Below are positions 29,229 through 38,579 of a stretch of DNA of 64,000 bases, in pieces. The number at the start of each line of letters is the position of its first letter. Position 1 is the stretch's first letter. Origin of the DNA: an uncultured Bacilli bacterium (GTDB taxonomy: Bacteria; Bacillota_I; Bacilli_A; RF39; UBA660); assembly GCA_910577075.1 (NCBI GenBank), contig CAJTKV010000001.1:6355-70354 (forward strand), written 5' to 3'. Made by a program: the position numbers and the translations under genes. Below the pieces are notes generated by a model, which was not told where the DNA came from, ran no database searches, and was given only the letters and a program-made list of their open reading frames with translations.

Positions 29229-30305
29229 TCAATCCTCACTTAATATTTTTGTATCAACTGTTATTGTCTTGTTACCATAATCAACTATTGTCTTAGCATC
29301 ATAGGGAATTATACATCTTGGTACAGAATGACCAAAGTTAACATTATATAAAACAGGTGTATCAATATCTTCAAAAACCTTACTTATTACTTGTTTATAT
29401 TCTTCGTAATATACTTCATCAATTGGCTTACCAAATATTACCCCTTGAACTAAACTTAGTATATTCTTTTTCTTAAAGTAAGATAACATCTCTTCCAATT
29501 TTTCTGGTGTTGATTTTTCATCACTAGTCTCTAAAAACAATATTTTTTTCTTCCACTCATCATCACTAGGTAAAATATTATATTTTTGATATACAGCTGC
29601 TGCTTCTTCATATCTTCCACCTACATATGCTTCATATATACTTTCAATACAACCACCATATAGCTTACCAGTCCTTTTTCCCTCACCATTTAAAATTTCA
29701 AAGCCATGAGTTTCTTTTACCATTTCTCTTGGCTTACCCAACTCATCTACTCCATAACTCTTTCTATCCATATACCAAACAGGACTAGAAGTTATCTCCA
29801 TCTTATCTAGTGCCTCAAAATAATAATCAAAATACTTTTTCGTATAAGGTAACATTTCACTGTCTAATTCCGCAATATCGACAAGTAGACAAGGACCATA
29901 AAATGTTGATAACCCCAATCTATTCAACATTAAATGATTATTTGTCGTGTCAGAAAAGCCCGTAAATATCTTAGGATTCTTTTTTACTGCCTCGATAAAC
30001 TCTTCATCTTCCATGAGATAGGGAATTGTTTTATAAGTATCAAATCCTCCAATGGCGTTTATTATTCCCTTTATTTCTGGATCCATAAATGCCTGCTTTA
30101 AATCATGAGCTCGAGCTTCAGGATGCGCCTCTAAATAATCCATATCTTTTAAAGCATTATCCATTATTACGGGAATAAGTCCCATTTCCTCTAATCTTTT
30201 AATTCCTAAATCTAATTCATGTTTACAAAAAGGCATACCTAACAAACCTCTTGATAAACTAACTATTGCTACCTTATCTCCTTTTTTTAAACTTTTTGGT
30301 TGCAT
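29229..30305 (-). CDS. LD-carboxypeptidase / MccF-like S66 peptidase
   Basis: KGDKVAIVSLS start, nucleophile elbow TGFSDTT, C-terminal NFGHSVP. Confidence 0.85.
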   Translation of the reverse strand: MQPKSLKKGDKVAIVSLSRGLLGMPFCKHELDLGIKRLEEMGLIPVIMDNALKDMDYLEAHPEARAHDLKQAFMDPEIKGIINAIGGFDTYKTIPYLMEDEEFIEAVKKNPKIFTGFSDTTNNHLMLNRLGLSTFYGPCLLVDIAELDSEMLPYTKKYFDYYFEALDKMEITSSPVWYMDRKSYGVDELGKPREMVKETHGFEILNGEGKRTGKLYGGCIESIYEAYVGGRYEEAAAVYQKYNILPSDDEWKKKILFLETSDEKSTPEKLEEMLSYFKKKNILSLVQGVIFGKPIDEVYYEEYKQVISKVFEDIDTPVLYNVNFGHSVPRCIIPYDAKTIVDYGNKTITVDTKILSED

Positions 30306-30392
30306 AATATCATCTCCAAATTTATTATATCATCTGTTTTTATTTTCTTCATCTTTTTCTTTTAACTATCTAACTATATTTCTCAATTTAAA

Positions 30393-31388
30393 TTATTTAT
30401 ATAACAAACTACAAATATTTATTCTAGTTTCATTATTATGCTGACCATTTATATAATATTTACTTAAATCTTCATATTCCGAATTTACCGTATCTTCAAA
30501 AGTAACTTTATAAAACAATCCTCCCTTGCATCTAGTATAGCTTATAACTGCATGATCATTTTCCACCTGCTTAACACTTTCATCCAATAGTTCTTTATAT
30601 ATTTTTATCTTTTCTTTTATTAACTTCTTTATATCATTATTATTTAAATAATCTAAAACAGCATATTGTAAAAATGCCGAAGTACACAAATCAAAACTGT
30701 TTTTATAACTATATAATACATTCATAAAGCCATCCGAGCATATAATATATCCCACATTAATAGATGGACTTATTAACTTGGAAAATGTTCCCAAATAGAT
30801 GATATTTTTTCCATTATTCATTTCATATAATGTTCTATATTTATAATCAGTATAATTAATTAAGCTATAGGGATCATCCTCAATAACTAAGACATCATAT
30901 TTGTTGATAATATCCAAAAACTTACTTCTTACTTCATTAGACCAAGCATATCCAGTTGGATTATTAAAAGTTGGTGTTACATAGATTGCTCTCGGTTTAT
31001 ACATTGCTAGAATGTCTTCTAGTTCTTGTAAGTCGAAGCCATCTTCTCCTAAATCACAGCCAAGCAAATTAATATTTATCTTTTTAAAGACATCAAGAGC
31101 ACCAAAATAAGTTGGCTGTTCCACTAGAATTGTATTTCCTTCATTAAATAAGGCATAAGCTAGCAAATTAAGAGATTGCTGAGAACCACTAGTTATTATT
31201 ATATCTTTATAGTTAACATTGTAATCCCAAATAGATTTTAAAAAATCCGCAATACTCTCTCTTAATTCTTTCATTCCCTTCGGACTAACATAGGTATTAA
31301 AATTAATGCCACTATCGACAACTGTTCTAATACTTTTATTTATCCCTTCACTATCTATTAAATTGTATATACCGAGCGATTTATTCAT
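30393..31388 (-). CDS. PLP-dependent aminotransferase (class I/II fold, MocR-type catalytic domain without HTH)
   Basis: TPTFNNPTG, EDDPY, LGTFSKLISPSINVGY (Schiff-base Lys). Confidence 0.85.
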   Translation of the reverse strand: MNKSLGIYNLIDSEGINKSIRTVVDSGINFNTYVSPKGMKELRESIADFLKSIWDYNVNYKDIIITSGSQQSLNLLAYALFNEGNTILVEQPTYFGALDVFKKININLLGCDLGEDGFDLQELEDILAMYKPRAIYVTPTFNNPTGYAWSNEVRSKFLDIINKYDVLVIEDDPYSLINYTDYKYRTLYEMNNGKNIIYLGTFSKLISPSINVGYIICSDGFMNVLYSYKNSFDLCTSAFLQYAVLDYLNNNDIKKLIKEKIKIYKELLDESVKQVENDHAVISYTRCKGGLFYKVTFEDTVNSEYEDLSKYYINGQHNNETRINICSLLYK

Positions 31389-32023
31389 TACTTCCTCCTA
31401 CAAATATAAAGTGCACTTTTGCCATTATCCTTTATTTCTATATCAAAATAAGGTTCTAAAATACTTCTATAATCCTCCTCACTTATCCAATCAAAAACCG
31501 TAAAATGTGGTTCAAATCCTTCCCTTATTTGCACATGAGATACCTTATTATCCACTAAATATGAAATCTCTAAATAGCTTATATCATCAATAACATATTC
31601 TTTTATCATTGGCTTTTCACTAGGCCTACTAGAAAACGTATTAAAAATAAATAAGCCATTCTTTTTTAACATTTTGCTAAACTTTTGAATATCAATATGC
31701 AACATCCAATAATTAACTGCTTGTTCACAAAAGACTTTATCAAACTCATCTTCATTGCCATTAACAAATTCTTGAACACTCATATTTTTAACATTAACAC
31801 CTAAGTCTTCTAAATCAGCAGGAATCATATCTTTCTCCTGATCGACATAAGTAACATCATTACTAAGCATCTTTAATCTTCTTGTTAATCTTCCGTTTCC
31901 TCCACACAAATCCAGCACTTTATCATCATTCTGAATATTACCTTCGTCAATTAAGTAATCTACCCCCTTTTTAAAATACCTTTTATATAATTTTTCATAA
32001 ACATCAAATTTGGGATATTTCAT
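31388..32023 (-). CDS. Class I SAM-dependent methyltransferase
   Basis: VLDLCGGNGRLT motif I. TAATG overlap with the aminotransferase start. Confidence 0.8.
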   Translation of the reverse strand: MKYPKFDVYEKLYKRYFKKGVDYLIDEGNIQNDDKVLDLCGGNGRLTRRLKMLSNDVTYVDQEKDMIPADLEDLGVNVKNMSVQEFVNGNEDEFDKVFCEQAVNYWMLHIDIQKFSKMLKKNGLFIFNTFSSRPSEKPMIKEYVIDDISYLEISYLVDNKVSHVQIREGFEPHFTVFDWISEEDYRSILEPYFDIEIKDNGKSALYICRRK

Positions 32024-32026
32024 AAA

Positions 32027-32548
32027 TCATACCTTCTTTCCACTTCTTTTAACTACTCTCCCTGGTATACCTACTACTGTCGTATTAGCATCCACACTTT
32101 TAAGTAGCACGGCATTTGCCCCTACTTTTACATTGTCGCCAATTGTAATATTTCCAAGTATTTTAGCACCACATCCAATAAATACATTATTTCCAATTGT
32201 TGGATGCCTTTTACCTGTTTCTGATCCAATTCCCCCTAAAGTAACTCCATGAAACATTGTTACATTATCGCCAATTATCGCCGTTTCACCAATTACCACA
32301 CCAATTCCATGATCGATAAATAATCCCTTGCCAATTCTTGCCCCTGGATGTATTTCTATTCCCGTTTTTCTCTTGGCTTTTTCGCTAATATATCTAGCTA
32401 TTAAAAAGTGCTTCTTTTTATAAAAATGATGAGCTACTTTATAATAAATTAATGCTTTAAATGAAGGATATAACAAGACTTCCATTGTACTTCTAATAGC
32501 TGGATCTCTCTCCTTAATGACTTTTATTTGTTCTTTGATATATCCCAT
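32027..32548 (-). CDS. cysE: Serine O-acetyltransferase
   Basis: [43 protein letters not shown] hexapeptide repeats. Confidence 0.9.
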   Translation of the reverse strand: MGYIKEQIKVIKERDPAIRSTMEVLLYPSFKALIYYKVAHHFYKKKHFLIARYISEKAKRKTGIEIHPGARIGKGLFIDHGIGVVIGETAIIGDNVTMFHGVTLGGIGSETGKRHPTIGNNVFIGCGAKILGNITIGDNVKVGANAVLLKSVDANTTVVGIPGRVVKRSGKKV

Positions 32549-32560
32549 ATCAAACCCTCC

Positions 32561-33232
32561 TTATAATTTATTTCCCTTTTTATCAAACAAATATATAACT
32601 CCATGATATTTAATATTAAATGATGTTTGATTATCTCTTATTGAATCCTTAACTGTTCCCGGAAAAGCATATTCTTGATACTTTAATTTTGAATCAAAAT
32701 AATGATTAATATGGACAATTACATCGACATCACTGTTTTCAAATAAATGAGCAAGTAAAGGTGCATTTAAAGTAGCTTTCTTCCCGCAAACATAAATAGT
32801 ATGCTTTTGATGATCGACATTTCTTACAATGGTATACTCCGATAAATCTTCTTTTCCTCTAATAGTCGTAATAAAACTCTTATCATCTATTCTAACTGCT
32901 ATACTCCCAAATATATATTTATCTCCATAGACATTTTTTATAAATAATTCCCTATACCTAGACATATATTCTCTAAATACATCTAATCTTTTCTCAATAT
33001 CAACTTTCTCCTTAACACGTTCTGTATGATAATATTCATCTCTATTGGCATCATCAATATACCCTACTTCATCTTTAATCTCAAAGACGCTTTTCTCCTT
33101 AGTTAATACATACTTGTTCTGAGCTGTTTCCATTATAATAAATTGCCATTTTTCGTCTAATAATTCTTTATATGTTTCATCGACGATGTCATCATTTATA
33201 TTATCTATATGTTTCTTTTTATACTTAATCAT
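32561..33232 (-). CDS. Hypothetical protein with divergent class II aldolase/adducin-like C-terminal half (tentative)
   Basis: GSIAVRIDDKSFITTIRGK..KATLNAPLLAHLF..VIVHINH..YHGV loosely parallels GNISvR..ITpSG..KPSSE..H..VvHtH..NHG. 8-nt overlap with coaB. Confidence 0.4.
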   Translation of the reverse strand: MIKYKKKHIDNINDDIVDETYKELLDEKWQFIIMETAQNKYVLTKEKSVFEIKDEVGYIDDANRDEYYHTERVKEKVDIEKRLDVFREYMSRYRELFIKNVYGDKYIFGSIAVRIDDKSFITTIRGKEDLSEYTIVRNVDHQKHTIYVCGKKATLNAPLLAHLFENSDVDVIVHINHYFDSKLKYQEYAFPGTVKDSIRDNQTSFNIKYHGVIYLFDKKGNKL

Positions 33233-33965
33233 ATATCATCATCTCATTTATCAACTTTTCGGCAATATCTTCTTTTCCTGAAGCCTCAATATAATCATCC
33301 TCACCTATAATATATGCTAAATGATTGCCATTTCTTATATTAGATAAATCATTTGCAACAACTAAATCACATTTATTCTTATTTTTTAACTTGGTAGCCA
33401 CATCGATTAATTCATCCTTTGTTACGCCATCTAATAATTTGAATCCTACAAGATATGTCTTTGGACTTAAATCCTTAATCATCGAAATTATCTTTGGCGT
33501 TCTCTTTAATTTGATCATCAAATCATCCTCATAAGAAGAAATCTTAGTAGCGATAATTGCATTACTCTTATCTGTAATATTATCGTATAATGATAATTTC
33601 TTATTGTTTTCTATTGTATCAATAATTCTTTTAGCTGTTGTAACAAAATCCACCGTATAATCTGAGACCGCCATAGAATGAATAAAGTAATCGATTTTTT
33701 CTGTCGTAAGTAATTTATCTACTGCTATCTTTAAATCATTCGTATCTATAATCTCTACAATCTCGATTTTTTCATGACTCGGTTTTAGCGCTGTCTTCGA
33801 AGCAATATAATAGATCTTTTCTATCTCATCACCTTTTAATTCCATTATCTTATTGGCAATTACCACTCCAAGTTTACCTGTACTGCTATTGGTAATTTTT
33901 CTAACATTATCAATTCTTTCACTTGTGCCACCTGCCGTAATTATTATTTTATATTTCATATCCAT
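33225..33965 (-). CDS. coaB: Phosphopantothenate-cysteine ligase (monofunctional, streptococcal type)
   Basis: IITAGGTSERIDNVRKITNSSTGKLG, HSMAVSDY, KRTPKII, GFKLL, VVANDL. Collinear with the streptococcal CoaB layout as I recall it. Confidence 0.85.
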   Translation of the reverse strand: MDMKYKIIITAGGTSERIDNVRKITNSSTGKLGVVIANKIMELKGDEIEKIYYIASKTALKPSHEKIEIVEIIDTNDLKIAVDKLLTTEKIDYFIHSMAVSDYTVDFVTTAKRIIDTIENNKKLSLYDNITDKSNAIIATKISSYEDDLMIKLKRTPKIISMIKDLSPKTYLVGFKLLDGVTKDELIDVATKLKNKNKCDLVVANDLSNIRNGNHLAYIIGEDDYIEASGKEDIAEKLINEMMIYD

Positions 33966-34791
33966 CCTTCTTTCTTAAAGCTTTTTCGCTTTCTTTTATT
34001 CTATATAGACCGCATAAATACTCACAGTTAATATAAAGTCCGTCTAATAATTCATCAATAATTCGCTTTTTTTCTTCTTTATTCTTTATATCTTCATCAT
34101 CTAAAGTAACTTTCGAACTTCCATAAAGTATTCTCAATTTTTCTCCTAATTTAAACTTAACTTCTATAAAATCATTTGAATTCAGATAACCATTTCCAAA
34201 TGAAAGAGTAAATGTTGATAATTTATCAAATACTTCACCATCGATTTTGGAAAATAAAACCGTTGTTCCATTGCCAAATATAAATTTGTTTCTTAACTCC
34301 CTAAAGCATTCCAAGAATAAATCATTATTACGTACTATATCTAAGCATTCTTTTATTTTTTCCCTTTCTATATCCATGCCCTTACTTTTAAATTCTCTTG
34401 AAAACCTTTTTTTGCCATTATCGACATTGGCAAAATAATCATCGCCATCTCTTCTGACAAAATTTACTATAGTATTCCCGTCTTTAAAGGTTTCAAAAGA
34501 TGGAGCAATTACCTCGAGAATTAAGAGCGCAAAATCACCACTTATCGAATGATAGCCATATAATACCTCTCTTCCCAGTGTCTTTAAAATATCCAAAAGT
34601 TGTTCACTTTCTAAATCATATGCCAAATATGCAGTATTAAATTTATTCACAATATCATACAAACTAACTGAATCATCATAATTTATATCTCTTTTACGTC
34701 CATTGTTTATAACTGTGCATACTTCATAAGGATCTTTTACTGTCAGTGTTGTAACTAGATTAAAATCATAAATAAAATTTGTTAAATCCAT
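33949..34791 (-). CDS. Hypothetical protein X (280 aa) embedded between coaC and coaB
   Basis: Start moved to ATG 34791 (AAGGAGG RBS 7 nt upstream, 1 nt after the coaC stop). 3' end overlaps the coaB start. No recognisable motif. Confidence 0.6.
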   Translation of the reverse strand: MDLTNFIYDFNLVTTLTVKDPYEVCTVINNGRKRDINYDDSVSLYDIVNKFNTAYLAYDLESEQLLDILKTLGREVLYGYHSISGDFALLILEVIAPSFETFKDGNTIVNFVRRDGDDYFANVDNGKKRFSREFKSKGMDIEREKIKECLDIVRNNDLFLECFRELRNKFIFGNGTTVLFSKIDGEVFDKLSTFTLSFGNGYLNSNDFIEVKFKLGEKLRILYGSSKVTLDDEDIKNKEEKKRIIDELLDGLYINCEYLCGLYRIKESEKALRKKDGYEI

Positions 34792-34792
34792 A

Positions 34793-35338
34793 TTATTCCT
34801 CCTTAAGCAGTTCATTTAGACTAGCAATTATCTTATCCTTATCTGCCAGTTTTCCAACAGCTTTATATCCACAAGCTAAATTACCACAGACAGGATCAAT
34901 AAAATGATATCCATATTTTTTAAGTTTTTTTATATTATCTTGTACAATGCCATTTTCATACATTCCATTATTCATTGCTGGCGCTATTAAAACTTGGGAT
35001 TTTGTTGCCATTACCGTCGTCGAAAGCATATCATCGGCTATACCATTAGCTAACTTGCCAATAATGTTTGCTGTTGCTGGTGCTATTAAAACTAAATCAG
35101 CTTTCCTAGCTAGACTTATGTGTTCAACATCAACATGATCTTTTTCATGAAACATATCCACAACTACTCTACTCTTAGATAAAGTTTCCAAAGTAAGTGG
35201 TGTAATAAACTTTGTAGCATTTTCCGTCATTATAATATCGACATTTGCGCCCTCTCTTTTCAAATGATTTATAACATCACATATTTTATAACAAGCAATT
35301 CCTCCTGTTACTCCAATTAGTATATTCTTATCTTTCAT
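34793..35338 (-). CDS. coaC: Phosphopantothenoylcysteine decarboxylase (HFCD flavoprotein)
   Basis: ILIGVTGGIACYK, LIAPATANIIGKLANGIADD, APAMN. Confidence 0.85.
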   Translation of the reverse strand: MKDKNILIGVTGGIACYKICDVINHLKREGANVDIIMTENATKFITPLTLETLSKSRVVVDMFHEKDHVDVEHISLARKADLVLIAPATANIIGKLANGIADDMLSTTVMATKSQVLIAPAMNNGMYENGIVQDNIKKLKKYGYHFIDPVCGNLACGYKAVGKLADKDKIIASLNELLKEE

Positions 35339-35430
35339 GCTCTTCCTCTCTCTTTCTAATTACATTGTATTCTATTTTTGTTGATAAGTTAAATATATAA
35401 ATGTTATAATATTAATAAGGAGAACTTATA

Positions 35431-36297
35431 ATGAATATAGACTTAGAATTATATAAAACTTTTTATGTTGTTGCAAAGCATAAACACATGACTAAAGCCA
35501 GTGAAGAATTGCACATATCCCAGCCAGCGATATCCCAATCTATCAAAAAATTGGAAGACCAACTAGATGGCACTTTATTTTTAAGAAGCAATAAAGGCAT
35601 GGAACTTACCGAAGAGGGAAAAATGTTTTACGAATATGTCAAAGGTGCTTTAGAACTTATAGATAATGCCGAAAAGGAATTTACATCTTTTAAAACCCTT
35701 GATAAGGGAGAAATAAAAATTGGATGCTCGACTACCCTTACCAAATTAATATTAATGGATTCCATTGAAAAATTTCATCAAGACTATCCCAACACCAATA
35801 TCAATATTACAAACGAACTTACGAGCAAGTTAATCGAAGATCTAAAATTGGGAAAATTAGACTTTGTCATTTTTAATGAAAGTAACATTAAGGAATCCAA
35901 TGTTAGTTTGAAAAAAATCAAAGAACTAAAACAAGGATTTATCTATAATCCAATATACTTCAATGATGACGTAAAATCTTTTAAGGATTTAAATAACTTT
36001 CCCTTAATACTTCAAAGACCAGAATCTAACAGTCGTAAACTTCTTAATCACTTTGCCCTTCAAAATAACGTAAATTTAATTCCTAAAATAGAAACTGTCA
36101 GTCAAGAATTAGTTACAGAATTTACTAATATTGGTTTGGGTATTGGTTTTGCCATAATTGATCTAGCCAAAAGGAACTTTAAAAACTTAAAAGAACTTGA
36201 AATAAATAAATCTATTCCCAAAATAAATATTTATTTAGCTACTAACAAGAATACTCTTTTAACATTTGCTAGCAAAAAGTTTATCGAATATTTATAA
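35431..36297 (+). CDS. LysR-family transcriptional regulator
   Basis: HMTKASEELHISQPAISQSIKKLEDQLDGTLFLR. Divergent from coaC across a 92-bp intergenic region. Confidence 0.9.
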   Translation: MNIDLELYKTFYVVAKHKHMTKASEELHISQPAISQSIKKLEDQLDGTLFLRSNKGMELTEEGKMFYEYVKGALELIDNAEKEFTSFKTLDKGEIKIGCSTTLTKLILMDSIEKFHQDYPNTNINITNELTSKLIEDLKLGKLDFVIFNESNIKESNVSLKKIKELKQGFIYNPIYFNDDVKSFKDLNNFPLILQRPESNSRKLLNHFALQNNVNLIPKIETVSQELVTEFTNIGLGIGFAIIDLAKRNFKNLKELEINKSIPKINIYLATNKNTLLTFASKKFIEYL

Positions 36298-36315
36298 CAT
36301 ATAAAAATGTCAGTA

Positions 36316-37161
36316 TCAATCTACTGGCATTTTCTTTAATTTACCACAACCTAAGTGAAATTTTTTTCTCTTTATCAATCTATCTTTTATTTTTCTCTGC
36401 AAACTTGTCTCTTCACTTAAGACATCATAGTTTTCAACACTGCTTATTCCATATACATGGTTGAGAATATCATCTGTACACTCTTCACCCGCAGATATTT
36501 TAAATAAACTTTGAAATTTGGCAATATTTGATTCTTCATCGACAAGTTTTAATATTTCTTTACTAAGCAACCAAGAATTACAATAATAATTATACTTATC
36601 CAATCTAAAGTACTTGTGTATATAAGATTTTGACTTTTTAAGGGAATCTAATACTTCATCATAATCTAATTTAGTTCCTCCGAAGATATGTATTTTTATA
36701 TCTTTACCGGACAATCCATACTGCAATCTTCCTACTTCAATTATCTTAATACGAATAAAATAAAGTCCCCATAGTAGCTGAGAAAATCTTATTCCATCTA
36801 ATTTTCTAATCCATATATCATTAGTAAGACATTCTCTTACTCTCAATTTATGAAGACGTACCTGTTCATCATCAAACAAATGTCCCTTCATGTTGATCAT
36901 ATGCAATTTATATCCCAATAATAGAATAATATTAGTAACCCATAAATCTTCAAAATTAAAAATCTGAGTAATACTCTTAATCTTCCACATATTTGTAAGA
37001 TCATCACTATATAAAGGGGATAATACTGAATAAAACTGCATTACTAAATCATTTTCAGTTAAATAATCCACACATTTTAAACATCTATTATAATAATCTT
37101 CATCATCAATCTCATAAAATTTTAAAGCCTCTTCAATATCTTCAATAGTTATTCCTATCAC
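36316..37161 (-). CDS. Acyltransferase-domain protein (NAT_N/GNAT_C-type), tentative
   Basis: GRLQYGLSGKDIKIHIFGGTKL..CNSWLLSKEILKLVDEESNIAKFQSLF matches my memory of this Firmicute family (RLQ..iHIP.g..L..SWLL.p.L...SNI..F). Confidence 0.5.
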   Translation of the reverse strand: MIGITIEDIEEALKFYEIDDEDYYNRCLKCVDYLTENDLVMQFYSVLSPLYSDDLTNMWKIKSITQIFNFEDLWVTNIILLLGYKLHMINMKGHLFDDEQVRLHKLRVRECLTNDIWIRKLDGIRFSQLLWGLYFIRIKIIEVGRLQYGLSGKDIKIHIFGGTKLDYDEVLDSLKKSKSYIHKYFRLDKYNYYCNSWLLSKEILKLVDEESNIAKFQSLFKISAGEECTDDILNHVYGISSVENYDVLSEETSLQRKIKDRLIKRKKFHLGCGKLKKMPVD

Positions 37162-37162
37162 T

Positions 37163-37732
37163 TTAATTATCTCCTAGCATCAAAAACTTATATATTTCTC
37201 CCCAATTGTTAACAACCTTAAAACATCTAGCATCATCAACTTTATCGGAAGCAGCGTTTTTAAAATATATACCTGTTATATTTTCTTTAGCAGCATTCTT
37301 GCATATATCGATATCATCATCGACTATATAATCACATTTTTCACTCTTCAATCTTTCAATTTTGCTATGCTCATTAAAGAAAACTTTTAAATTGTCAATT
37401 CCTGCATTTTTTAACTTTTCTAGACCATAATTAGTCTCTTCTTCACTTCTACTTGTTATAACTATAATCTCAAAATTATTCATAAGTTTTTTCAAAACTA
37501 ATTCTACACCTGTCATAAGATTTGCCGTTGATAAAACTGTTGGAGCGTTTTTCTTGTAGAAATCTTTAAGTTCCTCTTCTGACCAATCATATCTTTTTTG
37601 AAATAATCTTGGCGAATTATCAATTATATTATCTCTGCCAAATTTATCGACATCATGCATTTCAGCATATACTCTATACAAATTTTCTGAATCAAATACA
37701 ACTCCATCTAAATCAAGCGCTATCTTCTTCAT
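37163..37732 (-). CDS. HAD-type 5'-nucleotidase-like hydrolase
   Basis: Start moved to MKKIALDLDGVVFD (DxD motif; GAAGGGAAAG RBS). Also YIVDDDIDIC. Confidence 0.7.
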   Translation of the reverse strand: MKKIALDLDGVVFDSENLYRVYAEMHDVDKFGRDNIIDNSPRLFQKRYDWSEEELKDFYKKNAPTVLSTANLMTGVELVLKKLMNNFEIIVITSRSEEETNYGLEKLKNAGIDNLKVFFNEHSKIERLKSEKCDYIVDDDIDICKNAAKENITGIYFKNAASDKVDDARCFKVVNNWGEIYKFLMLGDN

Positions 37733-37754
37733 ATTATCTTTCCCTTCAATTTTT

Positions 37755-38501
37755 TTACCTTTTCTTTCTTCCCAGTAATACTGCCAAAAGCAAACCAATA
37801 AATACTAATAATGCTCCTACACCAATTATAATATATTTATCATAATTTTTCTTTTCTACTATTTGGGAAATTTCTTTTTCCTTTTGCGTACTTGTTGTTG
37901 TACTAACTGATGTACTAATAGAAGCTGTCATGCTAGTTGTTGTGCTATTACTTGTCGTCGTTTCACTACTAGTTGTATTATCCGTCATTACCTTAGATGA
38001 CGTGGACTTCTTAGTTGTCGTCGGTTTCTTTGTCGTCGTCGTTGTTGTTCTTGGAACATCTAAATAGATGAAACCATAATCTGATGTTATTGCTTTTACT
38101 TCATCCACAGATATAGTTTGATTGGTTGCTATACCCGTAGAGTTCATTGCACCACCCTCATCATAGGTAATATTATTTCCATCTACTTTTGTTACAAATG
38201 CCACATGTCCACCAAATCCGTCACCATAATTCCAGATCATAAGAGAATTAACTTTTGGTTCTTTTCCCGTTGCAAATCCCGCCTTCTTTGCCTGCTTATG
38301 CCATGTCCAGACATTATACCAAGTAGGTAATTCAATTCCCGTTCTCTTCTTCGTTTCGCCCCAAGCATACCAAGTACAATTTACTATCTTTCCAAATCCT
38401 AAATCTTCATAATGCGGATAAGGATTGCTCTTCGCAGAAACGGAAGTTACTCCTACTATACTAAACACAAAAATTGCTAAAAACCACTTCATCTTCTTCA
38501 T
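37755..38501 (-). CDS. Secreted CHAP-domain peptidoglycan amidase/endopeptidase with Thr-rich stalk and C-terminal TM anchor
   Basis: Start moved to MKKMKWFLAIFVFSIVGVTSVSA signal peptide. NCTWYAWGE (Cys) and GGHVAFVTKV (His). TTTTTKKPTTTKKSTSS stalk. IIIGVGALLVFIGLLLAVLL plus GRKKR. Confidence 0.85.
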   Translation of the reverse strand: MKKMKWFLAIFVFSIVGVTSVSAKSNPYPHYEDLGFGKIVNCTWYAWGETKKRTGIELPTWYNVWTWHKQAKKAGFATGKEPKVNSLMIWNYGDGFGGHVAFVTKVDGNNITYDEGGAMNSTGIATNQTISVDEVKAITSDYGFIYLDVPRTTTTTTKKPTTTKKSTSSKVMTDNTTSSETTTSNSTTTSMTASISTSVSTTTSTQKEKEISQIVEKKNYDKYIIIGVGALLVFIGLLLAVLLGRKKR

Positions 38502-38579
38502 TTTATCACATCCAATTTTATTATAACATATACAAAATAAATATATAAAAAGAAAATGCGCCAATTAAGCGCATACAAT

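Noticed and set aside
36326-36350. Possible fourth secA-tail remnant: gttgtggtaaat(t)aa at the 3' end of the acyltransferase gene (..HLGCGKLKK..).
   Set aside because: Only about 12 nt match, inside an uninterrupted ORF, with no flanking similarity. This is compatible with chance in AT-rich DNA, so I did not count it as a repeat copy.
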